64,000 bases of DNA from an uncultured Bacteroidia bacterium (GCA_938005475.1 CALLNY010000022.1:2437-66436); one strand, 5' to 3'; positions 1 to 11,136 are shown, counted from the stretch's first letter. Made by a program: numbers and translations. Notes: generated by a model from the sequence alone, not told the origin.

Positions 1-1
1 G

Positions 2-313
2 GGAATTTATCAGGATTATACCACTTGCTTTTATTCGCAAAAAGGCTACAAACATGGACTCGTCAGACCATTTCCTTGGTATGATTTGAAAGCTGAAAAA
101 ATGACTAATTTATTAAGATTTCCTATTTTTTTTATGGATAGGCACGCTTTAAAACAAGGTCTAGATTTTCAACAAACTATTCAATACATCAATGAACAAA
201 CTCTTCTTATTCAGTCCTATGGGGGAGTTCCGATGATTTTACTCCATAACGAAACCTTCAGCGAAAAAAGAGAATGGAAAAATTTCCATTTTAAACAATA
301 TTTTAAGACTTAA
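2..313 (+). CDS. C-terminal part (5'-truncated by window edge) of a polysaccharide deacetylase-like / DUF7033-type protein
   Basis: Frame is open from nt 2: GIYQDYTTCFYSQKGYKHGLVRPFPWYDLKAEKMTNLLRFPIFFMD...ILLHNE. This resembles the 'D-Y-S-x-G...G-F-R-x-G...PF-x-YDL...P...MD...LxHNE' tail of Bacteroidota deacetylase-like proteins. Confidence 0.55.
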   Translation, partial: GIYQDYTTCFYSQKGYKHGLVRPFPWYDLKAEKMTNLLRFPIFFMDRHALKQGLDFQQTIQYINEQTLLIQSYGGVPMILLHNETFSEKREWKNFHFKQYFKT

Positions 314-494
314 AAACCTGCTTTTCCGTATGACCATCTTCCTTTTTCGTTTTACTAATTCTATATATAAATGTCTCTTAATTTAATTATTTCATAAGTC
401 CATGACAAATCTTGCTATTTTTTGTACCAAAAAGAACCCCAGATATGTTTAATGCGAAAAAAACATAAAATATTAAACCAATCAAAAACCTTAC

Positions 495-1985
<1,491 letters not shown>

Positions 1986-1996
1986 CCTCTTTTTCC

Positions 1997-4045
1997 TTGA
2001 GACGTTTCTTTAGAAAATATTTTTTCCAATTATTACCTTCATTCACCAGTTGGTTAATACTATTCTCTATTGAGTTATACCAAATCGTTTATGATTTAAA
2101 TAGAGGTGAGATTTTATTTCCTATTCCGAACCCCGTCAAGGATTTCTTTCACTTTCTCTTCTTAGTTTTTATCTTTCAAGCTGGAAAAAATATTGTCAAA
2201 AAAGAAGCAAAACCAACCTCACTTGAAATTATTTGGTTAGTGGTGGGTATTGGTGGAACAGGCATAATCATAAACGCTTTAAGCAATTGGATAAGAAATG
2301 TTTACATGGCTAATTATTCTTCTATCTTCTGGTACAACTTAGACAAATACATAGGCATCCTTACTAATGCCTACTTTTTTATTACCCTCACTTTTGTTTA
2401 TAGACAGCTTATACTTTTTCGATCTACTAAAACTAAACAAAATGCTTGGTTTTTATTAGATGTTTTGATTTATCTTGGTTTTTTAGGATTATTTGAAAAA
2501 TATTTTACACTTTATGTAATTTTTATTATCGCTTATTGGGTATTTGCTTTTTGCATCATTATTTATCTTTCAATCCATACGGAATGGGTCGCCTATTTAA
2601 ACTTCAAAGAAAAACTTATGGGCATCTTTTTTATGTCCATAGTGTTAATCATTCAATTAAGTTATCTTTTCTTGATAAATGCAAAATATACTACTGATAA
2701 TAAATTCAATGTACTAGAAAACTTAGATTTAGAAGTTATTTATTTGTTTTGTTTATTATATACATTTTTTTGTATATTAGTTTTGGCTTTTAATTTACCT
2801 ACAAGTTCTTTATACGAATTACGGCAAGTTGAGCGTAATGCATTAAATGAAATTAACAAAGTTATTTTAAAGTCAAAAGCGGATAGCTCCGAAGTTTATA
2901 ATATTTTAATGAATTATGGAATGAGAAGTGCCAAAGGAGATTTCGGTTGGATAATATTCTCTGATAATGAATCTTCTCGAATTATTCAAGCTATTAATTG
3001 TGATGACCATGTAGCTATGGATATCCATCCTATTATCAATAAATATTGGTCTTATCAGGTAGATAAAAAAAATTTTTTTGTTGGAGATACTGCACGACTT
3101 TCACTTCTAAAGAATAAATCCCATTTTATAGGCTCTTTTTTTGCGACGAAAATTTGTACACAAGATAATGAATACGGGGATTTAGTGCTAGGTTGGAAGC
3201 ATAAAAATGTTTTTGAGTTAGAACTTTATTCTTTCCTTTCTATTATCACAGAACAAGCCGCAATAGCCTTAGAAAATAAAGAATTATTTAAAAAGTCTAT
3301 AACATTAGAACGTTATCAAGAACAACTAAAAATAGCCAAGGATTTTCAAGATAGGGTTCTACCCAAAATTCAATCTACTGAATATTTTGATTTACATGCA
3401 GTTAATCAAGAGGCTGACGAGATTGGTGGTGATTATTTAGAGACCTACCAAGATAATGAGTTTTTTCATATTTTTATAGCCGATGTAGCAGGAAAAGGTA
3501 CAACAGCCGCTTTTTATATGGCGGAACTGAAAGGTATGCTTCAAATTCTTTTTCCTTTACAACTTGCTCCAATTGCTTTTATCCAAAAACTTAATACCGC
3601 TGTTTCTAACTGCCTCTCTGCTAATTTATTTATTACAGCCAATTATTTACGAATCCATAAATCCAGTTTGAAATGTCAATTCGTGAGGGCTGGTCATACA
3701 CCTCTCCTGCATTATTCCCAAAAAGATAAATTAGTGTATCAATACCAGCCTAAAGGAATTGGATTAGGTATTTTAAGAAAAGAACTATCCGATAAAAATT
3801 TTGATGTCCAAGAATTACAACTTCAAAAAAATGACTTATTATTGTTATTCACTGATGGTATCATTGAAGCACGAAATCCTAATAACGAAGAACTTGGCAT
3901 GGATATATTAAAAGATTGGTTAGCTTCTTTTAACAACTTATCATCATTAGATATCAATTATTGCATTCTAGAGCAAATGATGGCGTTTACAAACGAAAAA
4001 AAATTTGATGATGATTATACACTCTTCACTTTGAAAGTAAAATAA
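1997..4045 (+). CDS. Membrane-bound GAF + SpoIIE/PP2C Ser/Thr phosphatase (RsbU-like)
   Basis: About 8 hydrophobic N-terminal segments, GAF-like end (EQAAIALEN), PP2C motifs IGGDY, IADVAGKG, RAGH, FTDGIIEA, DDYT. Confidence 0.9.
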   Translation: MRRFFRKYFFQLLPSFTSWLILFSIELYQIVYDLNRGEILFPIPNPVKDFFHFLFLVFIFQAGKNIVKKEAKPTSLEIIWLVVGIGGTGIIINALSNWIRNVYMANYSSIFWYNLDKYIGILTNAYFFITLTFVYRQLILFRSTKTKQNAWFLLDVLIYLGFLGLFEKYFTLYVIFIIAYWVFAFCIIIYLSIHTEWVAYLNFKEKLMGIFFMSIVLIIQLSYLFLINAKYTTDNKFNVLENLDLEVIYLFCLLYTFFCILVLAFNLPTSSLYELRQVERNALNEINKVILKSKADSSEVYNILMNYGMRSAKGDFGWIIFSDNESSRIIQAINCDDHVAMDIHPIINKYWSYQVDKKNFFVGDTARLSLLKNKSHFIGSFFATKICTQDNEYGDLVLGWKHKNVFELELYSFLSIITEQAAIALENKELFKKSITLERYQEQLKIAKDFQDRVLPKIQSTEYFDLHAVNQEADEIGGDYLETYQDNEFFHIFIADVAGKGTTAAFYMAELKGMLQILFPLQLAPIAFIQKLNTAVSNCLSANLFITANYLRIHKSSLKCQFVRAGHTPLLHYSQKDKLVYQYQPKGIGLGILRKELSDKNFDVQELQLQKNDLLLLFTDGIIEARNPNNEELGMDILKDWLASFNNLSSLDINYCILEQMMAFTNEKKFDDDYTLFTLKVK

Positions 4046-4049
4046 TTTT

Positions 4050-4057
4050 TATATTTG
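4050..4057 (+). promoter_or_regulatory. -7 element (TAnnTTTG): internal promoter for the STAS/RsbW pair
   Basis: TATATTTG 17 nt before ATG 4075. Confidence 0.55.
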
Positions 4058-4074
4058 CGTGTACTTACGTACTT

Positions 4075-4413
4075 ATGAAAGTAGAATTATTAGATTCCGA
4101 AAATTTTACCACGGTTTTCTTGATAGGAGAGATTGATGCATATTCTTCCATAAATATTCAACAAACGCTACAAAATCTATTAGATAACGGCAAAAAAAAT
4201 ATTCACATAAATTGTGAACAACTTGAATATATTTCCAGTGCGGGGCTTGGTGCTTTAATGTCCTTTGTAGAAGAAATTGAAAATTCTAATGGAACAATGG
4301 TATTTTCTGGCTTAAAACCTAAAGTTTTTAACGTTTTTCAACTGCTCGGACTAGACCAAATCATGAAAATTGTAGATAATCAAACTGAAGCTATAACTTT
4401 TTTTCAAAACTAA
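4075..4413 (+). CDS. STAS-domain anti-sigma-factor antagonist (RsbV/SpoIIAA family)
   Basis: GEIDA, phospho-acceptor motif YISSAGLG, VFQLLGLD; 112 aa. Confidence 0.93.
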   Translation: MKVELLDSENFTTVFLIGEIDAYSSINIQQTLQNLLDNGKKNIHINCEQLEYISSAGLGALMSFVEEIENSNGTMVFSGLKPKVFNVFQLLGLDQIMKIVDNQTEAITFFQN

Positions 4414-4426
4414 CGTAAAAATAAGT

Positions 4427-4864
4427 ATGAATAATATGGCTAAACTGACTGTCAATTGCGATTTAAAAAATTTAGGGGTGATTCGTGAATTTGTTCAAGA
4501 ACATCTAAATGATATTCCTTTAACCTGTGATATTACCTCTAATCAAATTGTTTTGGCGGTTGATGAAGCTTGTGCTAATTCTATAATCCATGGAAATCAT
4601 TGTGACAAAAGAAAAGAACTCTCCATAGAAATTTATCACGATGATTACAACGATTTACATATCAATCTTTATGACTCCTCACCACCATTTGATATTTTTA
4701 GCTATCAAATGAAAGATATCAAAGAAAAAGTAAAAAACGCAGAAAAAGGGGGTATGGGCATTTGTTTAATTCAAAGAATTATGGATGAAATTACAATCGA
4801 AAAATTCCCTGATTTCTGCGTCTATAAATTTGTCAAGCATTTATCAAACTGCAATAATAAATAA
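4427..4864 (+). CDS. RsbW/SpoIIAB-like anti-sigma Ser kinase (HATPase_c_2)
   Basis: N-box LAVDEACANSIIHG, YD..PFD, GGMGI..I..IMD; adjacent to the STAS gene. Confidence 0.9.
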   Translation: MNNMAKLTVNCDLKNLGVIREFVQEHLNDIPLTCDITSNQIVLAVDEACANSIIHGNHCDKRKELSIEIYHDDYNDLHINLYDSSPPFDIFSYQMKDIKEKVKNAEKGGMGICLIQRIMDEITIEKFPDFCVYKFVKHLSNCNNK

Positions 4865-4885
4865 TTTAATTCATAATAATTTTAC

Positions 4886-4914
4886 AAAAAAAAGCTGCGA
4901 AATTTTTCGCAACC
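4886..4914 (-). terminator. Intrinsic terminator of multi-PAS PP2C gene 1
   Basis: Minus strand GGTTGCGAAAAATTTCGCAGC followed by T8. Confidence 0.75.
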
Positions 4915-5008
4915 TCATTACATATGAAACGATTAAACTTGCTTTGTTAATTGGGTTATATATGATTATAATTCCAATCCAATCATTAAAAAGTCATCTG
5001 TTTGTTCT
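4894..5008. repeat. 115-bp perfect direct repeat, copy 1 (copy 2 at 7587-7701)
   Basis: Base-by-base identical from GCTGCGAAA to CTGTTTGTTCT at offset 2693. Covers the terminator, 3' UTR and last codons. Confidence 0.95.
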
Positions 5009-7515
5009 TGACCGTTGAACCATGTATTTAAAGAAAATTTTATTTCTTTGATAGTTTGAGCTAAACCAGCATCCGCATTACCAGCAATAATGGATTTTAG
5101 ACGAGTTAGACCAAATTTTTTGTTTTCAGGACCACCGAACTGGTCAATTATTCCATCAGACATAAGAAATAATTTTTTGATTTCTTTCTTATTAAATTCC
5201 ATGAAATTAAAGTTAGCTTTTTCAGACTTTAATGGATGATAACCAAGGTAGTTATCAAATTTTAAAATCTCGATAAGGTCATTATTTTTTTGAATGATTA
5301 TAGGTTGAGCAATCGTAGAAAACAAGTAAATTTTATCAGAATTAAACATTGCCAAGCTTATTTCAAAAGCATCTTTAAAACCATATTCCTTTTGAATATT
5401 TAAAATTCCTTCTTGAATTGCTCCTATTTTTTTATTTATTTCAACTTTTGCATACTGATTGCTAATATTATTTAAATATTGTTGAAAATATATAGATAAA
5501 AGAGCGCCAGGAACGCCATGACCTGTACAGTCTGCTACTACAACGCATAAAATTTCATCGTATTGCTTAATCCAATAAAAATCCCCACCAATCTCTTCCT
5601 TGGGTTGAAAATAAACAAATGAATCTTTAAAGTTTGATTTCAATATTTCCTTATTAGGGAGTAAAGCGTTTAGTATTGATTTTGCATACCTTAAACTATC
5701 TTCTAAATCCTTATTCCGTTCTTGGATGAGTTTTTCTTTTTCTTTTTTCTCCGTAATATCCATTTCAATAGCAATATATTTTTCTACTTCTCCCACTTCG
5801 TTTAAAATAGGTGTAATATTCAAACTAATCCAATAGGGTTTACCATCTTTTCTATAATTCAAAATTTCTTCACGAAAAGAAGTTTTTAATTGAAGTTTTT
5901 CGCGTATTCTTTGAACTGTTTGAGGGTCTGTATCTTTACCTTGCAAAATTCTACTGGGAATTTTTCCTTTAACTTCTTCAAAAGTATAACCCGAAATTCT
6001 CGTAAAACCAGGATTTACCCACTCAATCTCTCGGTTTGCATTGGTAATGATGACCGCATTGTCGGTATTTGCGGCAACCATGGACAGAGAGCGTAGTTGA
6101 TTCTGGGCATTGCGAATATTTTCTAAGCTTTTCTCTAATGCTTCTGTTTTGATTTTTAAATCTTCATTGATGGCATTTAATTCTTCTTGTGCCATTCTTA
6201 ATTCTTCTTCGGAAGCTAAAAGTTCCTGATTTTTTTCTTCTAGTTGGATTTGTTGTTCAATTTGCACTGTAATTTCAAAACGCACCCCAATATATTTTAT
6301 TATTACTCCATGATTATCCAAAACAGGAGTAATTGTAGCATTAACCCAATAAAAGCTACCATTTTTCTTTTTATTGCAAATGATACCACGCCAAACTTTG
6401 CCTGAACTGATTGTTGCCCACATCTCTACGAAAATAGAGTCATTTTGTTTTCCAGATTTTAAAATACGATGATTTTTTCCAAGAAGCTCTTCAACTGAGT
6501 ACCCCGAAACACTAGAAAAAGTTTGATTAGCAAAAATAATATTGCCTCTTATATCAGTTTCTGAGACCAGAGCTGCGTTATTTAGCGCGTTGATTTGTCC
6601 TTTCAATTCTATTTGATTAAGAACTAATTTTTCTTGAATAGTTTCCATCTCCTCTATATTCTGCCGAAGCTCTTCTTCTATAGCTAAAAGTTCTTCATTT
6701 TTTTCACGAAGTTGTTGTTCTTGCTGTTTACGTTCTGTTATGTCAATTGCTAATTTAATAACGGATTTAGGTTCTTGGGTAGTGGTATCTTTCACTACTA
6801 TGTAAACCGCTTGTAGCCATATTATTTGCCCATTTTTATGTTTTCTTTGAAATTCACTCTCTGCCTTGCCCTCTTTTAGAAGATTATTCCAAAATGCTTG
6901 GTATGTTTCATCTGTCATTAAATCTCCTACTAAACTGCGATGATTTTTACCAATTAATTCTTCGGTCGTATAACCTAACAAACTAGCAAGCTTTTCATTA
7001 ACTGTCAAAATCCTGCGGTTCAAATCAAATTCAATGAACCCTATACGCGTATTGATAGCTTCATTGTATGCTTTTAGCTGTGAATATTGTTGTTCTAATT
7101 TCTGTTTGTTTATAATATCTTCGGTTTTATCTACACCCAAAATGACAAAATTTGAAATCTGCCCTTTTGAATCTAAAACAGGATTTACATTTAACTCCAT
7201 GTAATAAGGTGTCCCTTCTTTATCATAATTCATAATTTTCTCTCGAAAAGGTTCATTTTTGGTCAGCTTCTCGAGAATATTTCCTAAAGAATGAATATCT
7301 TCATTTTTATTTTGTAAAAAATCCCAAAATTTAGTTCCTTTAATTTCATGAAAACTATATCCTGTAAAATCCGTAAATGCTTGATTAACCCATGAAATCA
7401 AACCATTAGCATCGGTTATGATAATTACATTGTCCGATTTCTCTATAATGTTTGAAATCAAATTTACTTCATCAATTTGATTATTATTGTTAGATGAAAA
7501 AAAGTTTTTGAACAT
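4966..7515 (-). CDS. Cytoplasmic sensor phosphatase: 4 PAS domains, coiled-coil linkers and SpoIIE/PP2C
   Basis: Four PAS/PAC units ending in D(I/K)TE-type motifs, linkers EEELRQNIEE and EEELRMAQEEL, PP2C motifs IGGDFYW, VADCTGHGVPGA, SDGIIDQFGG, DDFL. Start placed at ATG 7515, downstream of TACATTTG (7547-7540). Confidence 0.9.
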   Translation of the reverse strand: MFKNFFSSNNNNQIDEVNLISNIIEKSDNVIIITDANGLISWVNQAFTDFTGYSFHEIKGTKFWDFLQNKNEDIHSLGNILEKLTKNEPFREKIMNYDKEGTPYYMELNVNPVLDSKGQISNFVILGVDKTEDIINKQKLEQQYSQLKAYNEAINTRIGFIEFDLNRRILTVNEKLASLLGYTTEELIGKNHRSLVGDLMTDETYQAFWNNLLKEGKAESEFQRKHKNGQIIWLQAVYIVVKDTTTQEPKSVIKLAIDITERKQQEQQLREKNEELLAIEEELRQNIEEMETIQEKLVLNQIELKGQINALNNAALVSETDIRGNIIFANQTFSSVSGYSVEELLGKNHRILKSGKQNDSIFVEMWATISSGKVWRGIICNKKKNGSFYWVNATITPVLDNHGVIIKYIGVRFEITVQIEQQIQLEEKNQELLASEEELRMAQEELNAINEDLKIKTEALEKSLENIRNAQNQLRSLSMVAANTDNAVIITNANREIEWVNPGFTRISGYTFEEVKGKIPSRILQGKDTDPQTVQRIREKLQLKTSFREEILNYRKDGKPYWISLNITPILNEVGEVEKYIAIEMDITEKKEKEKLIQERNKDLEDSLRYAKSILNALLPNKEILKSNFKDSFVYFQPKEEIGGDFYWIKQYDEILCVVVADCTGHGVPGALLSIYFQQYLNNISNQYAKVEINKKIGAIQEGILNIQKEYGFKDAFEISLAMFNSDKIYLFSTIAQPIIIQKNNDLIEILKFDNYLGYHPLKSEKANFNFMEFNKKEIKKLFLMSDGIIDQFGGPENKKFGLTRLKSIIAGNADAGLAQTIKEIKFSLNTWFNGQEQTDDFLMIGLEL

Positions 7516-7579
7516 AAGATTTTTATAATTTTTATCTTGCAAATGTAACTAATAACTAAAATATATCAAACAGAAAATG

Positions 7580-7607
7580 AAAAAAGGCTGCGAAATTTTT
7601 CGCAACC
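7580..7607 (-). terminator. Intrinsic terminator of multi-PAS PP2C gene 2
   Basis: Same hairpin as 4894-4914, followed by a T-run on the minus strand. Confidence 0.75.
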
Positions 7608-7701
7608 TCATTACATATGAAACGATTAAACTTGCTTTGTTAATTGGGTTATATATGATTATAATTCCAATCCAATCATTAAAAAGTCATCTGTTTGTTC
7701 T
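7587..7701. repeat. 115-bp perfect direct repeat, copy 2
   Basis: Identical to 4894-5008. Confidence 0.95.
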
Positions 7702-9761
7702 AGACCGTTAAACCAAGTATTTAAAGAAAATTTTATTTCTTTAATAGTTTGAGCTAAACTAAAGTCTGTATTGCTAGCAACAATAGATTTTAGGCGAGTT
7801 AGACCAAATTTTTTGTTTTCAGGACCACCGAACTGGTCAATCATACCATCAGACATTAAGAACAATCTTTTGACTTGTTGTTTATCCTTAACAAAAAATT
7901 CAAACGAATTAGTTTCATTGTGAAGGGGGTGATTACCTAAATAATTATCGGACTTTAAAATTTCAATTTGATTAAGGTTATTTTGAAGTAGGATAGGTTG
8001 TGCTGATGTGGTAAAAAGATGAACTTTTTGGTTATCAATCATTGCCATACTCATTTCAAAAGCATCTTGAATACCTTGCTCATTTTGAAGTTTAAGAATA
8101 CCTTCTTGAAGAGCCTTTAATTTTTCGTGTAATGAGACATGAGCATATTTAACTGCAAGCGTATTTAAGTATTGTTGAAAATACATAGATAAAAGAGCGC
8201 CAGGAACGCCATGACCTGTACAATCGGCAGTAACTATATACAACGTGTCATCATGCTTCTGAAACCAATAAAAATCTCCTCCAATTTCTTCTTTGGGTTG
8301 AAAATAAATAAAATAATCTTTGCAATAAGTTTTTATTACATCAGTATCGGGAAGTAAGGCTTTTTGAATAGTTTTGGCATATTTTAAGCTAGCTTCAAGG
8401 TCTTTATTGCGTTCTTGAATGAGTTTTTCTTTTTCTTTCTTTTCCGTAATATCCATTTCAATGGCTATAAATTTATCTACATCTCCTACTTCATTTAATA
8501 TAGGTGTGATGCTTAGGCTTAACCAGTAAGGGCGACCATCTTTGGAATAATTTAAAATCTCTTCTTGAAAAGACGTTTTTAATAAAAGTTTTTCACGTAT
8601 TCTTTGAACTGTTTGAGGGTCTGTATCTTTACCTTGCAAAATTCTACCGGGAATTTTTCCTTTAACTTCTTCTAATGTATAACCCGAAATTCTCGTAAAA
8701 GCAGGGTTCACCCATTCAATTTCTCCATTTGCATTAGTAATAATGACCGCATTGTCGGTATTTGCGGCGACCATAGAAAGTGTACGAAGCTGTTCTTGAG
8801 CATTTTGAATAGTTTTTAAACTATTTTCTAATGCTTCTGCTTTGATTTTTAAATCTTCATTGATGGCATTTAATTCTTCTTGTGCCATTCTTAATTCTTC
8901 TTCAGAAGCTAAAAGCTCTTGATTTTTTTCGTAAATTTCTTTTTCTTGCAGTTTTTTTTCGGTTATCTCAATAGCTAGTTTGATTATCGATTTAGGTTGA
9001 TTAGTTTGAATATCTTTCACTACCATATAAACTGCTTGAAGCCAAATAAGCTGTCCATCTTTACGTATTCTTTGAAATTCACCTTCCGCTTTACCTTCTT
9101 TAAGCAAATTTTCCCAGTCTTGTTTATATTGCTCATCTGTATTCAAGTATCCCACCAGATCTCGGTGATTTTTGCCTATTAGCTCTTCTTTTGAATAACC
9201 TAGTATTTGTGCTAGTTTATCATTCACTAGAATAATTTTATTATCCAGACCAATCTCAAGAAAGCCTAATGTTAAATTGATAGCTTCATTGTAAGCTTTA
9301 AGTTGAGAAAGTTGGCTTTCAATTTGTATTTTGGCTTGCTCTAACTCTTTTTGTCTTTTTACTTCTTCGGTAACATCTAATTCAAAGGCAATAAAGTTAG
9401 TAAGGATGCCTAAATCGTTGAAGACAGGAGTTACATTTAGTTGAATCCAATAAGGGGTACCATCTTTATCGTAATTCAAAATATTTTCTCTAAATGATTC
9501 TTTTCGGGCAATGTGTTCTCGAATACGTTGCACAGTTTTAGGATCCGTATCTTTACCTTGTAGTATATGACCAGGTTTTTTGCCTTTTACTTCTTCTAAC
9601 GTATAGCCCGTTAAATCTGTAAATCCTTGGTTCACCCAAAGTATTAAACCATTTGCATCAGTAATAATTACTGCATTATCGGTTTTTTCAGCGATAATGG
9701 AAAGTAATCTCGTTTCATCTACATCAATACCTGCGATAAGATTTTTTAAAGCTCTCAGCAT
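7659..9761 (-). CDS. Cytoplasmic sensor phosphatase: 3 PAS domains and SpoIIE/PP2C; tandem paralog of 4966-7515
   Basis: Same PP2C motifs (TADCTGHGVPGA, SDGMIDQFGG, TDDFLMIGLEL). PAS1 and PAS3 resemble each other. Lacks the paralog's third PAS. Confidence 0.9.
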   Translation of the reverse strand: MLRALKNLIAGIDVDETRLLSIIAEKTDNAVIITDANGLILWVNQGFTDLTGYTLEEVKGKKPGHILQGKDTDPKTVQRIREHIARKESFRENILNYDKDGTPYWIQLNVTPVFNDLGILTNFIAFELDVTEEVKRQKELEQAKIQIESQLSQLKAYNEAINLTLGFLEIGLDNKIILVNDKLAQILGYSKEELIGKNHRDLVGYLNTDEQYKQDWENLLKEGKAEGEFQRIRKDGQLIWLQAVYMVVKDIQTNQPKSIIKLAIEITEKKLQEKEIYEKNQELLASEEELRMAQEELNAINEDLKIKAEALENSLKTIQNAQEQLRTLSMVAANTDNAVIITNANGEIEWVNPAFTRISGYTLEEVKGKIPGRILQGKDTDPQTVQRIREKLLLKTSFQEEILNYSKDGRPYWLSLSITPILNEVGDVDKFIAIEMDITEKKEKEKLIQERNKDLEASLKYAKTIQKALLPDTDVIKTYCKDYFIYFQPKEEIGGDFYWFQKHDDTLYIVTADCTGHGVPGALLSMYFQQYLNTLAVKYAHVSLHEKLKALQEGILKLQNEQGIQDAFEMSMAMIDNQKVHLFTTSAQPILLQNNLNQIEILKSDNYLGNHPLHNETNSFEFFVKDKQQVKRLFLMSDGMIDQFGGPENKKFGLTRLKSIVASNTDFSLAQTIKEIKFSLNTWFNGLEQTDDFLMIGLEL

Positions 9762-9957
9762 ATTTTTATAATTTAATTTACAAAGTCATAACTATAACAC
9801 TATTAAATAAGTTCAAAAGCATATATGAAAAACTAAATAAATATTTTAATTACTGAAAATCAAGGTATTAAAACAATATTTCTTAAAATACAAACAAATT
9901 TTTTCATAATAGAGTATATTTCGGTAAAATAAAGTATCCCCAAAACGATAAAATAGA

Positions 9958-10707
9958 ATGGATAAGAATGTTCCTTTCAAAGAAAAGTTTGGTAGCAATT
10001 TAGCAGAATTACTATCCGATAAAATTCAAAAAGTTTATACTATTTTTCCGAAACAAATCTATGTGTATACAATTCAAGAGAGTGAACAATGCTTAACTTT
10101 TAGTCAACGGCTTAATTTACATGCGCAGCTATTGAAAAAATTGTTACCAAAAGATTTTCCTACTGCTATCAAGCTCCTATTATCTATTTTGGGGGATGAA
10201 AATCCCAATACGGAGGGTATGTTTTCAATTTATTATTGGATACTACCTATTGGTAAATTTGTAGAATTATATGGATTAGCGCATTGGGATGAGTCTTTAT
10301 TTGCTATTGAAGAAATAACCAAAAGATGCACGGGCGAGTATGCTATCAGACCTTTCATACGAAAGTATCCCCAAAAAACATTAGAACGTATGAAAACTTG
10401 GGCTAAATCTGAAAATTTTCATTTAAGGCGTTTAGCTAGTGAAGGACTACGACCAAAACTTCCCTGGGCTACCTACTTAGATACCTTTATTCATAACCCT
10501 GAACCCGTTTTTGAAATATTAGAATCATTGAAAGAAGATAATGTCCTGTTTGTTAAAAAGTCGGTTGCTAATCATTTGAGAGATTGGCTTAAAGTAAATC
10601 CAAAAGCAACATTACCGCTCCTACAAAAATGGAAATTATCGGATAATCGCCATACTCAATGGATTATCAAAAAAGCTATACGAAACATGGAAATTTGCAA
10701 CGAATAA
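9958..10707 (+). CDS. DNA alkylation repair protein (AlkC/AlkD-like HEAT repeat)
   Basis: T.R.TGEYAIRPFI, W..SEN.HLRRLASEG.RP.LPW, FVKKSVANHL.D. Confidence 0.88.
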   Translation: MDKNVPFKEKFGSNLAELLSDKIQKVYTIFPKQIYVYTIQESEQCLTFSQRLNLHAQLLKKLLPKDFPTAIKLLLSILGDENPNTEGMFSIYYWILPIGKFVELYGLAHWDESLFAIEEITKRCTGEYAIRPFIRKYPQKTLERMKTWAKSENFHLRRLASEGLRPKLPWATYLDTFIHNPEPVFEILESLKEDNVLFVKKSVANHLRDWLKVNPKATLPLLQKWKLSDNRHTQWIIKKAIRNMEICNE

Positions 10708-10872
10708 TAGAGATTTTGAACAGAATTTTCGTTAAGGCTATAACTAATTGTTTTAAATTAATTATATAAGAGATATCGACATTTTGAAACCTATTTACAA
10801 AGGTTTATAGTTTGATTTATCTAAATGTTGAAAATTTATTTTCTGATGTTTAGTCAGGATTATTTTAAGGAT

Positions 10873-10968
10873 TGGTCATTGAGTAGGCGCAGCCGTACCG
10901 AAATGACCATTTTTCGTAGAAAATCGGTTGTTTCGGTATGTTCGCTTCACTCACTACTCAACAACCGA
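10873..10968. repeat. REP-like palindrome doublet (inverted pair, REPIN-like)
   Basis: TGGTCATT-GAGTAGGCGCAGCCGTACCGA-AATGACCA (10873-10909) and an inverted relative at 10924-10968 (reverse complement TCGGTTGTT-GAGTAGTGAGTGAAGCGAACATACCGA-AACAACCGA). Both share TTGAGTAG...TACCGAAA. Confidence 0.7.
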
Positions 10969-11136
10969 ATATATACCTAACGTTTTAAATTAACTTATTA
11001 ATCGCTAACAATTAACTGGTAAACCATTTTTAATGAATTGTTCATAAACTCTAATATTTTAGATTGTAGTATGAATGGTAAACTCTCGTAATGCTCAATA
11101 AGCTTACTATGGTGGATATTGAAAAGCACTGCCTGC

